A DNA stretch of 64,000 bases from assembly GCF_009914755.1 (NCBI RefSeq), contig NC_060947.1. One strand, written 5' to 3'. This document shows positions 46,781 to 61,469 of the stretch, in pieces. Source of the DNA: the human T2T-CHM13v2.0 reference genome, Homo sapiens. The position numbers were made by a program, and so were the translations under genes. The stretch's first letter is position 1, and every line of letters starts with the position of its first letter. The notes under the pieces are model-generated. The model did not search any database, had not been told where the DNA came from, and worked only from the letters and a program-made list of their open reading frames with translations.

Positions 46781-48377
46781 GAAAGCTTCTCTTTCTTTCG
46801 TCTACAATTTCCCTCCCTCTTGTTCATCTCCTCCCATGTCCCTTCCCCTACTTCTCTATGTCTTTTCCTCTTTATTCCCATCTACTACATCCACTTCATT
46901 ATATTCGCCTATCTCTTTAGAATATCCTAATATCTAATCTAGCTTCTTTATTTTACACCATCTTATCCTTTGTCTTCTCAACTTCTCTACTCTTTTTGTC
47001 CTCTCTTCTCATACTCTCTTTCTTTTCACCATTCTCATTTCTCCAATATACATGCCTCTATGTACTCTGTGTAATTAGTCTTCTCCTCCCCTCTTGACCC
47101 TCATCTTCCCACTTCTATCCACTTTCCTTCTTCATTATTTTATCCTCCACTCTATGCTCATTTCTCCTCTATGTTCATTTTTCCTCCCATCTCTCATCCA
47201 ACTTCTCTCTGAAGTATTATCCTTTTTTCCTTGACCATCTCCTCATCTTCCAAATTCTTGTAGGAAAAACACCAATAAATAGCAAATTTGAAGTAATGAG
47301 AGATTAGTATACAGACAAACACACTTCATTTATTCACCACCTATTTACCAGGCATGCATTATTTGAGGTTTGTTCTGCAAAATAACAAATACACCAATTC
47401 TAAATAGCCATAGAAGCTCCACTACACAAAATTAGCACTCATTAATGTGGAAGGAAGCTTCAGGAAGTGACAACTGATATCGGAGGAACAAGCAAATTCA
47501 TAAAAAAGCAAACCCAAAAACCAAGAATGTTTTTCAGTATTGGGGAAAGAATCTTATTGCACTGAAAATTTTTTCAAATTTATTCTTTTTGACAGCAAAA
47601 TTCAATGCCTAATAACTCTATGACAGTAACAAGTTATGAAATACATAAAATTGTGATGTTTTTATCCATTGGGAGTTGGAAAAGTATGAAATATAATTTA
47701 TATTTTATGAAGATTTCTATATCTATATATACACACACACATATGCACACACATATAAACACCATGTATAGATAGATAGAGATATAATCTTAAATTGTTT
47801 GGAAAATTCACTTATTATCATCCTCAGTATCCTAAGGTAATGTAGCATAAAATAAACATATTCAAATAAATAAAAAATTAAAATAAGTATTTTTAAATTT
47901 ATGTTTATAAAACACTGTATGTTTCACAAAATACCCATAGTTATCTCATTTGATTCTCACAACTCTGCATCATAGGGATAGTTTGTTGTTGCAGTTAAAC
48001 CTAGTCAATTCTAATTATCAGCGTTCATGCCTGTGTGTATGTTTTTGTGAATCTGTGTATTTAAGTGTCCTTGAATACATTATGTCCTTCTGTGTTAGTC
48101 CACATGTGTCTTTAGGTATGCATGCATATACAAATCATGAATGTATACCTCTGTGTTTCTCAAAATGTTCATCTATGCAACTCTTTATTTATGTGTTTAT
48201 TAGAATATATATGTCTGTGAGTATGTATGCATGCAATTGTATTAGGAAGTATATACATACCTGTACATTTCTAATCTATACACTTGAGGGAATTTTCAAT
48301 GGATACTCTAAAACATTCTGCTTTCAAGCCCAGTCCTACTCCCAATATACTTTGGGTGGGAACCACCACTCTCTGAC

Positions 48378-48598
48378 CTCATTGTATAGAGGAGGGTTCC
48401 GTTGTCCACCAATCTGAGCAGCTTGTTGGGCGTGGTCATGTTATGAGCCACTGATTTCTTGCCATTGTGGAAGAAGGTGTCCGGTGTCCAGATCTTACTA
48501 GCCAGGAGATTGTTCAGTGGAAGGATCTTCATGGGGCCATCAAATTTCAGTCTTTCATCATGCCATGTCTGCCGAAAAAATACATCAATAGTGTACTC
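48378..48598 (-). CDS. GABRA3: GABA-A receptor alpha-3 coding exon, 221 nt (exon 5)
   Basis: ttttctctcttttcacccctAG|GAGTAC...ATGAG|GTcaga. Translates [73 protein letters not shown](R), including WTPDTFF and the benzodiazepine-site His. Sequence is alpha-3-like. Confidence 0.98.
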
Positions 48599-50649
48599 CT
48601 AGGGGTGAAAAGAGAGAAAACAATGTTTCAGTTGAGTTCTGGTAAGGGCTCATAGTGCCCTTAGCAAATATTAATTACCTTGCAGTATTTCCTCTGATGC
48701 AGAGAAGCAGCAGTCTATTAACAGTAGCTCCTGGTGTGTAAGGAAAATGATTATGATTGAGAAATAATGCCATGGAGATTAATAAGCATGGGGATAACAT
48801 ATTTGACAAGGCATTTTTAAGGAAGACAACTGCCAACACATCCCCACACAGCACACAAGCTGATCATAAGACTTTGCCTTATGAAAAGGCAAGTGCTCCC
48901 TCCTGTATGCAGTGACACCCAAATAAGAACAAGTTTCTTACCTTGTCTCTACTGCTTAATGACCCCATATGAACATCAAAGGCCAATATAAAAATCGCCA
49001 CAAAACCAAAACCTTACATTTTATCGTACATTTAATCTGAGCCTCAAAATAACAATATGTCTGATTAGCAAATAGCTTATTATCCTCAATAAATAATGAA
49101 ATATTATAGATAAATAAGATAAAAAACATACCTTATAGACAAATAAGATAAAAATGGGTAAATGAACAGCAAAGTCATGAAATGGATAAAAATTGCTAAT
49201 AAACGTGAAGAAAATATTCAAATTTGCTGTTTATCTAAATACAAAATAAATGAACAATAAATGTTCCAGGTATTGGTAACAGCATAATAAATTGTTTGAT
49301 TACATTTTCTTGTAGCTATTAATTATAAAACCTGAACAACAACTGTATATACCTGTATTCCTTGAAAGCAGTGGAGCGTGACTGAAAGCAGACAGAAACC
49401 TAAGGTGAGTTTACCTTTGAAAGATGGCAGCAGCAATAGATTAGAATTGTGAGTTTGTGATTTTTCTTTCTTGAAGGTGCTTCCCAAACCTAGAATTCCT
49501 GTGGCATATACAACACCCTTACTGGCTCAAGGTGGCAGAGAATCTGGACCATTAGGGATGGAAGACTCAAAAGTAAGAGAATCCCAGAAGGGATGGGCCT
49601 CCAAATCTGAATATATATTCTGCCGAAAAATTCCGGCTGATCACTATACTACACACAAATAGGAGAGACCCTGGGGCCCAGTTAAAAAAAATAGGCAGAA
49701 ACAATAAGATAGTGGTCCACTAAATGAAAGAAATGAGCTGGGTGATGTTTGTGAATTTGCTACGATTTAGACTGAAGGAATTCCTTAATCCATCACAATT
49801 CAAGTGGAGGAAATCTGAAAAAGTATTAGCTTATCAGAGAATAAGCTCTGGATTGGAAGATGGAAATTCATGAGGATGTCCTGGGAACAAGAGAACCACT
49901 GAGAGGGTGAGTCCCAAAATCTGAGTATAACATCTGCCCAAATATTTGACCACTGAACTACACAAGGCACAGGGGACACTTCCAGATAGCCAGGTTAAAA
50001 GAAATGAAAGCCAGAATTTGCTGAATATTCTTTGGTTTAAAATCCCCTAATGGCTTCCAATCGTATGTGGGATGAACTTTTCCTTGCCATAAGCTGGCCC
50101 TTGCCTTCCTCTCTGAGTTATTCTCCAAACACTCTTTCCTTTAAAGATTAGCCATTCTGGCATTTCTCTTCCTTTAGTAGACCAAAAACATTCCTGCCTA
50201 CAGATTTAAAGATCATATAATTGGTTGCCTAAACTGGAACACTTTTAAGAGGAAGAGGAGGCAGGACTGTGGCAGATGAGAAGCTGGAACTAGACTTTCA
50301 CATAAAGCCAAGAATCTGTTAAGAGCTTAGCAAAAGGGTAAACTAGATCAACTTAACTAGACAAAATCAGATCACAACACAAAAGTTCAAAAAGGAAGAG
50401 GGAGGAGTTGAGGAGAAAGTGTTTCTACTGAAATGTAGCAACCTCAAAATTCTAATCATATGTGGGATTGACATCCGAATATATACTGTCTGCCTGATCT
50501 GAAGTTTACAAGCTGAAAACTTAACACAAAAATTGGTCTTAAGCTGGGTATACCACTAGATTGACTTGCCAAAGCAAACACACAAAAAACTGGAAGGACA
50601 GAACCACAAATTAATGCTTGCTGAAAATTACTTCACTGTCCTTAATGAC

Positions 50650-51390
50650 AAAACACCTAAGGAAATGGTTACAAGTAAGGGTCAACAGATACAAGATAAA
50701 ACTGAATTAGAGCCCCTCCAAGGACTTCATATAACATAATTATCCAGTAGTGATTATGAAAAAAACTATAATTAAAATTATAAAGGTTATGAGGGGAAGG
50801 GAGAAAGTAAAAGCAAATTTGAAAAAGATATATCTAATTGAAGTTGACTTTCTGTAAAAGAAAAATAGTCATTGAAAATAAAAGTTCAGTGGGTGTGTTA
50901 CATTGAAGATTAGATATTATGAAAGAGATATTAGTGAACTGGAAAATACATATGAGGAAAAATTGCCCAGTTCACATTTAAGACATATAACTGATAGGAA
51001 ATATGAAAGGGAGATATAGTACTATGAAGGATAAAAACAAAAGTTTCAGTATACGTGTATTACGATTCTAAATGTGAGAGATTTGAGAAAATAGGGGAGA
51101 AAAAATATTCAAAGTAGTAATGGACTACAATTTCCAGAATTGTTGAAATATATGCATCCTTAGCTTCAAGTACCATAATGAATTGCAAGCTCAATACATT
51201 ACAATAGATCCCAGCCAGTACATAATGAATTTAAAGAATACCAAAGAAGAGATTTTTAAAATTGCAAAACAGAAAAGACATACTACCTACATAGATATGA
51301 CCACTTGACTTATAACCACCACTTATGTTGACTTCTTAAATGCAACAATAGAAACCAAAAAGACAATAAAAATACACTTTGAAAATGTTG
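50650..51390 (+). mobile_element. Very old L1 ORF1-region relic, resuming at 59064-~59200
   Basis: Degenerate ORF1-like A-rich sequence (gaaagagatattagtgaactggaaaata, aatttccagaattg). Confidence 0.55.
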
Positions 51391-54300
51391 TTGAGGGCAC
51401 AACAAGATGGCACAATAGAAGGCTCCACTGATTGTCCCTCCCCCACTCAGCAGGGACACCAATTTAACAACTATCTATACACACACAAAAAAGTACCTTC
51501 ATAGGAATTAAAAATCAGGAGAGCACTCACAGTGCCTGATTTTAACTACATATCACTGAAAGAGTTACAGAAGAGGTAGGAAAAACAGTCTTGAATCACT
51601 GACACCACCCCTCCCCAATCTGCTGTCACTGGTGGTGTGGCATGGAGAACTGTTCTGTACACTGACGAGGGGGAGAACACAGCAATTGTGAGACATTGAA
51701 CTAGTGCTGCCCTGTTACAACAGAAAGCAAAACCAGACCAAACTTAGCTGATGCCTGCCGATGGAGGGAGTATTTATCCTAGCCCTAGCCAGAGGGGAAT
51801 CACTGATCCCAGCAGTTGCAACTTCAGTTTCCATAAGCCTTGCCACCTTGGGCTAAAGTGCTCTGGAGCCCTAAGTAAACATGAACAGCAGTCTAGGCCA
51901 CAAGGGCAGCAACTCGTAGGTGATTTCTAGTGCTAAACTGGGCCCAGAGCCAGTGGACTGACTGTGGGGAGACATGTGACCTATGGAGACACCAGCCAGG
52001 GCAGCTAAGGGAGTGCTGGCTTCATTCCTCTCCTAACCCAAAGCTGCACAGCTCGCAGCTCCAAAAGAGATCGCTTCCTTCCACTCGAGTAGAGGAGAGG
52101 GAAGAGTAGGGAAGATTTTGTCTTGCATCTTGGATACCAGCTCAGCCAAAGCAGGACAGGGCAGCAGTCAGAGTTGTGAGGCCCTTTTTACAGGCCCTAA
52201 CTCCCAGGTGACATTTCTAGAAACACAGCGGGTCAGAAGGAAACCCATTGCCTTGAAAGGAAGGAACGAACCCCGGCAGGATTTATCACCTGCTAACTAA
52301 AGTGCCCTTGGGCCCTGAATAACCAGCAGTGATACCCAAACACTATGTGGTAGGCCTTGGATTAGGCTCTGAGATTTGCTAGCTTCAGGTGAGACTCAGT
52401 ACATTCCCAGCTGTGATGGCTATGGTACTAGACGCTTTCTGCTTGAAAAAAGTGGAGGGAAAAGTAAATGGGATTTTTTTATTCAATCTTCGGTACGAGC
52501 TTGGCTTCAGTGTGTTAGAGCATCAAGCAGGCTCTTGGGGACCCTGATTTGAGGACTTGGTTCCTGGACAGCATTTCTGGACCTGCCTTGGGCCAGACTG
52601 GAGGAGACTGCCCTGAAAGGTGAGTCCCAGGCCAGGAAGTACTCAGTACAAGCTAACTGAAGAGCTTTTGGGCCTTAAGGGAACATCAGTAGTAGTCTGG
52701 CGGTACTCTTGTGGGGCGGTGGTGGTGGCCATGAGGTGAGGCTCCTCTGCCTATGAAAAGGGGAAGGTGGAGTAGGAAAGACTGCATGCTGTGGTTTAAG
52801 AGCCAGCTCAGCTGCAGTACAAGAGAAAAACCAGGTAGATTTCTATTTATGACTGTAGTCTCTGGCTCCCAGATGGCATGTCTAGATCTGCCAAGGGCCT
52901 GGAAGAATTCACCACCCCAAATGGAAGGACACAGGCCTGGCTGGCTTTGTCATATACTGATTGTAGAACACCAAGGCCTTGAGTGAACATAGGCAGTAGC
53001 CAGGAAGTAGTTACAGGAAGCCTTGAGTGAGACCCAATACTGTGCTGGGTTCAGGTCTGACCCAGCACAGTCATAGTGGTGGTGGCCATAGGGGTGCTTT
53101 TGTCACTCCACTCTCAGCTTCAGGTGGCTTAGAACATAGGGAGAGACTTAATTTGTTTGAAAGTTAGTAAGGGAAGCCAAGAAAAGTCTTTGACTGGTAA
53201 TGCAGAGAATTCTTCTGGATACTGTCTAAGAACATTAAGGCAGAATCTCTAAAAGACTGCAAGAACCACAGTGTTACTGAGCTTGAGGTGCCCCCTAAAA
53301 CAGATACAGCTTAGATCACAACACCCAAGTCCTTTCAAATATCCAGAAAGCCTTCCCAAAAAGGAGGGGTACAAACAAGCCCAGACTGAGAAGACTATGA
53401 TAAATACCATACTCTTCAATGCCCAGACCTGATGAACATCTAGAAGTATAAAGACAATCCAAGAAAAACATGAACTCACCAAATGAACTGTATTACTCCA
53501 TTCTCATGATACAAATAAAGACATACCTGAGGCTGGGCAATTTATAAAGGAAAGAAATTTAATTGACTCAAAGTTCAACATGGATGGAGAGACCTCAGGA
53601 AACTTACAATCATGGCAGAAGGGGAAGCAAACATGTCCTTGTTCACACAGTGGCAGCAAGAAGTGCCAGGCAAGAGGGGGAAAAGCCACTTATAAAACCA
53701 TCAGATTTCATTAGAACTCTCTCACTATCATGAAACAGCATAAGGGTAATCACCCCCATAATTTAATCACCCCCACCAGGCCCCTCCTATGACACATGGG
53801 GATTAGGGGAACTAAAATTCAAGATGAGATTTGGATGAGGGAACAGCCAAATCATATAATTCCACTCCTGGTGCCTCCCAAATTTAATATCCTCACATTT
53901 AAAAGTACAATCATGTCCTTCCAACAGTTCCCCAAATTCTTAACTAACTCCAGCATTAACTCAAAAGTCCAAATTCAAAGTTTCATCGGAGACAAGGCAA
54001 GTCCTTTCCACCTATGAGCCTGTAAAATCAGAAGCAAGTTCGTTACTACCTGGATACAATGGGGGTACAGGCATTGGGTAAATGCATCCATTCCAAATGA
54101 GAGAAACTGGCCAAACAAAGGGGCTACAGTCCCCATGCAAGTCCAAAATCCAACAGTGCAGTCATTAAACCTTAAAGTTCCAAAATGATGTCCTTTGACT
54201 CCATGTCTCACATCCAGGTCATGCTGATGCAAGAGGTGGACTGCCATGGCCTTGGGCAGCTCCACCCCTGTGGCTTCGCAGGGTACAGCCCCCCTCCCAG

Positions 54301-57300
54301 TTGTTTTCATGGGCTGGAGTTGAGTGTCTGTGGCTTTTCCAGGTGCATGGTGCAAGCTGTCAGTGGATCTACCATTCTGGGGTCTGGAGGATGGTGGCCC
54401 TCTTCTCACACTTCCACTATGCGGTGCCCCAGTGGGAATTCTGTGTGTGGCCTTCAACCCCATATTTCCCTTCCACACTGCCCTAGCAGAGGTTATACAT
54501 GAGTGTTCTGCCCCTGCAGCAAACTTTTGCCTGGACATCCAGGAGTTTCCATACATCCTCTGAAATCTAGGTGGAGGTTCCCAAATCTCAATTCTTGACT
54601 TCTGTGTACCTGCAGGCTCAACATCTTGTGGAAGCTGCCAAGGCTTGGGGCTTGCACCGTCTGAAGCCATGGCCTGAGCTGTACCTTGGCCTCTTTTAGC
54701 CACAGCTGGAGCTGAAGCAACTGAAGATGCAGGGCACTGTCCCCAGGCTGCATGGAGCAGGGGGTTCCTGGACCTGGCCCATGAAACCATTTTTTCCTCC
54801 TAGGCCTCTGGGCCTGTGATGGAAGGGGCTGCTGTAACGGTCTCTGACATGTCCTGGAGATATTTTACCCATTGTCTTGGTAAATAACATTCTGCTCCTT
54901 GTTACTTATACAAATTTCTGCAGCCAGCCTGAATTTCTTCCCAGAAAATGGCTTTTTCTTTTCCATCACATTGCCAGTGTGCAAATTTTCCAAACTTTTA
55001 TGCTCTGTCACCTCTTGAATGCTTTGCCACTTAGAAATTTCTTCCACCAGATACCCTAAATCATCTCTTTCAAATTCAAAGTTCCACAGATCGCTAGGGC
55101 AGGGGCAAAATTTCACCGGTCTCTTTGCTAAAGCATAACAAAAGTCATCTTTGCTCCAGTTTCCAACAAGTTCCTTATTTCCATCTGAGACCACCTCAGC
55201 CTGGACTTTATTGTACATATTGCTATCAGCATTTTGGTCAAAGCCATTCAATGAGTCTCTAGGAAGCTCAAAACTTCCCCACATCTTCCTGTTTCTGAGC
55301 CCTCTAAGTCTCTAGAAAGTTCCAAACTTTCCCACATTTTTCTTTCTTCTTCTGAGACCTCCAAACTGTTTCAACCTCTGCCTGTCATCCAGTTCCAAAG
55401 TCTCTTCCACATTTTCAGGCATCTTTACAACAGTGCCCGACTCTCTGTGATACCAGTTTACTGTATTAGTCCATTCTCACACTGCTAATAAAGACATATC
55501 CGAGACTGTAACTTATAAGGGAAAGAAGCTTGATTAAATCACAGTTCAGCATGGCTGGGGGGGCCTCAGGAAATTTACAATTATAGCAGAAGGGGAAGCA
55601 AACACATCCTTCTTCACATGGCGGCAGGAGAGAGAAGTGCCAAGCAAAAGGGGGAAAAGCCCCTTATATCTCTTGAGAACTCACTCACTATCACAAGAAC
55701 AGCATGAGAGTAAGCACCCCCATGATTCAATTACCTCCAACCGGGTCCCTTCTGTGACATGTGGGGATTATGAGAACTACAATTTAAGATGAGTTTTGGG
55801 TGGGGACACAGCTAAACCACATCATAAACTAAATAAGGAACCAGGGAACAAACCTGGAGAAAGAGATATGTGACCTTTCAGAGAGATAATTCAAAGTAAC
55901 TGTGTTGAGGAAACTCAAAGAAATTCAATAACACACAGAGAAGGAATTCAGAATTCTATCAGATAAAATTAACTGAAATAGTTAAAAAGAATCAAGCAGA
56001 AATTCTCGAACTGAAAAATGCAATAGGCATACTGGAGAATGCATCAGAGTCTTTTAATAGTAGAATGAGTCAAGCAGAAGAAATAATTATTGAGCCTGAA
56101 GACAGGCTATTTGAATGTACACAGTAATAGGAGACAAAAGTAAAAGGAATAAAAAACAATGAAGCATGCTTTCAAGAACAAGAAAATAGCCTCAAAAGGG
56201 CAAATCTAAGAGTTATTGGCCTTAAAGAGGAGGTACAGAAAGAGATAGAGGTAGAAAATTTATTGAAAGGGACAATAAAAGAGAATATTCCAAACCCAGA
56301 GAAAGATATCATTATCCAAGTACAAGAAGGTTATAGAACATCAACCAGACTTAACTCAAAGAAGACTACTTCAAGAACATTTCATAATCAAACTCCCAAA
56401 GGTCAAAAATAAAGAAATAATTATAAAAGCAGCTAGAGAAAAGAAACAACATGCAATGGATCTCCAATACATCTGGCAGCAGACTTTTCAATGGAAACCT
56501 TACAGGACAGGAGAGAATGGCATGACATATTTAAAGTACTGAAGTAAAAAAACTTTTACCCTAGAATAGTAAATCTATTGAAAATATCCTTCAAACATGA
56601 AAAAGAAATAAATAATTTCCCAGAAAAACAAAAGCGGAGGGATTTCATCACAACCAGACCTGCCCTATAGGAAATGCTAAGGGGAGTACTTCAATCAGAA
56701 AGAAAAGAACATTAATGAGTAATAAGAAATAATCTGAAGGTACAAAACTCCCTGGTGTTACTAAGTACACAGAAAAACACAGAATACTATAACATTGCAG
56801 CTGTGCTGTGTAAACTACTCTTATCTTCATAGAAAGATTCAATCATGTACTAATCAAAAATAATAACTACAACAACTTTCCAAGACATAGACAGTAGAAT
56901 AAGATATAAATAGAAACAACAAAAAGTTAAAAAGTGGGGGAACAAATAAGGTATAGAATTTTTATTAGTTTTCTTTTTGCTTGTTTGTTTGTTTATGGGA
57001 ACAATACTAAGTTGTCATCAGCTTAAATAACGGGGCATAAGATAGTATTTGCAAACCTCCTGGTAAACTTAAACCAAAAACCATACAATGGATACTTAAA
57101 AAGTAAAAAGTAAGAAACTAAATCATATCATCAGAGAAAATCACCTTCAGTAAAACAATCACAAGAAGGGAAGAAAAAAGGAAGAAAAGACCACAAAACA
57201 ACTAGAAAACAAATAACAAAATGGCAGAAGTAAGTCCTTGCTTACTACTAATAATGCTGAATGTATATTGACTAAATGCTATAATAAAAAAAATACAGTG

Positions 57301-59063
57301 GGTGAATGGATGAAAAAAGCAAGAGCCAGTGGTCTGTTGCCTAAAAGAAACACACCTCACCTTTAAAGACACATGTAAACTGAAAATAAAGGGATGGAAA
57401 AAGATATTCCATGCAGATGGAAAGCAAAAAAGAGCAGGAGTAGCTACACTTATATCAGACAAAATAGATATCAAGAAAAAAACTATAAGAAGATACAAAG
57501 AAGGTCACTATATAATGATAAAGGGTTCAATTCAGCAATAGGAAATAACAATTGTAAATATATATGCACCCAATGCTGGAGCACCCAGAAATATATAGCA
57601 AATATTATTAGAGTTAAAGAGAGAGATGGAGCCCTATGCAATGATGGCTGGAGAATTCAATAACTCATTTCAACATTGGACAGATAGTCCAGACAGACAA
57701 TCATCACATAAACATTGGACTTAATCTGCAGTATAGATCAAATGGACCTAATAGATATTTACAGATCTTTTCCTCCAATGGTTGCAGAATACACATTTTT
57801 TTCCTCAGCACATGGGACATTCTTAAGGATAGACCCTATGTTAGGCTGCAAAACAAGCCTTAAAACATTAAAAAAATTTGAAATAATATCAAGCCTATTC
57901 TCTAACCACAATGGAAAAAAACCAGAAATCAATAATAAGAGGAATTTTGGAAACTACACAAACACATGGAAATTAAACAACATACTGCTGAATGACCAAT
58001 GGGTCATTGAAGGAATTAAGAGAGAAATTGAAAAATTCCTTGAAACAAATGATAATGCAAACACAACATACCAAAACCTATGGCATGCAGTGAAAGCAGT
58101 GCTAAGAGGGAAGTTTATAGATATAAGTGCCTCTACCAAAAAGGAAGAAAAACTTCAAATAAACAACCTAACAATGCATCTTAAAGAACTAGAAAAAACA
58201 AGAGCAAACCAAGCCCAACATTAGTAGAAGAAAAGAAATAATAAAGATCAGAGCAGAAATAAATGAAACTTTAATAAATAAAACAGCACAAAAGATCAAT
58301 GAAAAACAGTAGGTTTGTGAAAAGATAAACTTGATAAACCTTTAGCCAGACTAAGAAGAAAAGAGAGAATAATGAAATAAAATCAGAGATGAAAAAGGAG
58401 ACATTAAAACTGATAAGGAAGAAATTCAAAGGATCATTATTGGCTACTGAGAGCAACTATTTGCCAATAAATTGGAAAATCTAGAAGAAATTGAGAAATT
58501 CTAAGACACATACAAACCTACCAAGATTGAACCATGAAGAAATCCAAACCTGAACAGACCAATAACAGGTAATGTGATCAAAGCCATAATAAAAAGACTC
58601 CTAGTAAAGAAAAGCCTGGGACCTGATGGCTTCACTGATGAATTCTACCAAACATTTAAAGAAGAACTAATACCAATCCTACTCAAACTATTTCAAAAAA
58701 TAGAGGAGAAGGGAATCCTATATCAAGAGCATTCTACAAGGCCAGCATTACCTTCATACCAAAACTAGACAAAGACACATAAAAAAACTACAAGACAATA
58801 TATCTGATGAATATTGAGGCAAAGATTTTCAAGAAAATACTAGCAAACCAAATTCAACAACACATTAAAAAGATCACTCATCATGTCCAAGTGGGATTTA
58901 TCCCTGGGATTCAAGGATTGTTCAACATATGCAATTCAGTCAATGCGATACAGCATATCTATAGAATGAAAGACAAAAACCATATGATCATTTCAATTGA
59001 TGCTGAAAAAGCATTTGATAAAATTCAACATCCCTTCATCATAAAAACCCACAAACCTGGGAA
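51391..59063 (+). mobile_element. Old L1 (L1MA/L1PB-age) with 5'UTR, ORF1 and ORF2 up to the start of RT; 3'-truncated
   Basis: Starts near aacaagatggc. Decayed ORF1 (~53400-56715) and ORF2 fragments (57329-59085 in the ORF track). Flanked by gaaaatgttg at 51381-51390 and 59064-59073. Confidence 0.85.
53489..55824 (-). mobile_element. Complete THE1 (C/D-like) MaLR provirus, LTR-internal-LTR
   Basis: LTRs at 53489-~53859 and 55462-55824, a ~1.6 kb internal region with residual minus-strand frames of 139 and 271 aa, and TSD tgaac/taaac. Confidence 0.92.
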
Positions 59064-60820
59064 GAAAATGTTGACAGAAAAGTAACGATCACCTCAGAAT
59101 TCTATAGCCAAACTTAGATTACCATTTAAGAGTGAAGTCAAAATAAAGATAATTTTAGATAAGTAAAATAAGGCAGAGAATTTACCATGAACAGATCTTC
59201 ACTGTTGCTCCAGGTTTTCTCATGGCTGAATCACTCACAGCCTTCAGGTTTTAATCAAAAGTTACTGTATCCGAAGCATTGCTTGAACATCCTATCATTA
59301 ATAGTAATCTCCCTTCCTCTTACCATGAGTTATTTTTCTTCCTTATAGCACTGAAAAAAAAATATTTTTTTATTTGTTTACACTGCACTAGCCAGCTTCC
59401 ACTAGCCTGGAAGCTCCATGACAGCAGGGACTTTGTTTTGTTTACTGCTATATCTACACCACATAAAACTCTGCATAGCGTATAGCAGATGCTCTATAAG
59501 AATTTTAAATCAGTAGATGATTGAATGAATTATCATGAAAAGAACTACTAAAAGAAGATCTTCATGTGTTTAAAAATATAGCCAGCAGAAAGATGCAAAA
59601 AGGAATGGTGAGCATAAGTATTGACACAGTTATCCTAAACAAATATGAATATCTACAAATGACAATAAGAGCTGTAAAAACAAAGTGGAACAAATAACTA
59701 CATTAATTCAATTTTTTCACTGTTTAACACAATGTTAACTGTGGGTTTGTCATATACGAGCTTTATTATTTTGAGTTATGTTCCTTCTATGTCCATTTTG
59801 TTGAGGGCTTTCATCATAAATGGATGTTGGATTTTATCAAATTCTTTTTTGGTATCTATTAAAATAATCACATGGGTTTTTGTTCTTGACACCCTTAATG
59901 TGATGCATCACATTTATTAATTTGTATATGTTGAACCATTCTTGCATTCCTGGGATGAATCTTACTTGATTATGGTGAATAAACTTTTTAATGTATTGTT
60001 GTATTTGCTTTGCTAGTATTTTGTTGAGGATTTTTGTATCTAGGTTCATCAGTGATATTGGCTTCTAGTTTTCTTTTTTTGTGGCCTTGTATGGTTTTAG
60101 CATTGGGGTAACATTGGCCTTGTGGAATGAGTTTGGACATATTCCCATCTCTTTAAGTTTTTGAAGAGTTTGAGTGAATTGGTATTATTAATTTTTTAAA
60201 TGTTTGCTGGAATTAAGCAATGCAGCCATCAGGTCCTGGGTTTTATTTGACAGGAGAAATTTTATTATAGCTTCTATCTCATCACTCATTATTGGTTTAT
60301 TGGGGTTTTCTCTTTCTTCATGGTTTAGTCTTAGTAAGCTGTATGTGTCAAGGAATGTATCCATTTCTTCTAGTTTTTCCAATTTATTGGTGTATAATTG
60401 TTTATAATAGTTTGGAATTATTCTTTTTATTTCTGAGATCTCACTTGTGCTTCCTTTTTCATTTCTGATTTTATTTGGGTCTTCTCTCTTTCTCTTAGTG
60501 TAGCTACAGGTTTGTTGATTTTATCTTTTCAAAAAAACAAGTTTTTTCATTGATCTTCTGTATATTTTGTTTTAATTTCATTTATTTTTGCACTGATCTT
60601 TACTATTACACCTACTAATTTGGGGTTTGATTTGTTCTTACTTTTTTTTAGTTTTTGAAGTGCATCATTAGGTTTTTTTTTGAGTGTCTTTCTATTTTTT
60701 TCACTTAAGTGTCTATTGCTGTAAACTTTACTCTTAGTACTGCTTTTACTGTATCCCACAGATTTTTTTTATGTTGTATTTCCACTTTTGTTGTTTCAGT
60801 ACATTTTCAAATTTGCTTTG

Positions 60821-61469
<649 letters not shown>

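Noticed and set aside
47950-48417. 155-aa plus-strand ORF overlapping the exon antisense
   Set aside because: TTG start, largely from degenerate TG/TA-rich sequence, and no recognisable homology.
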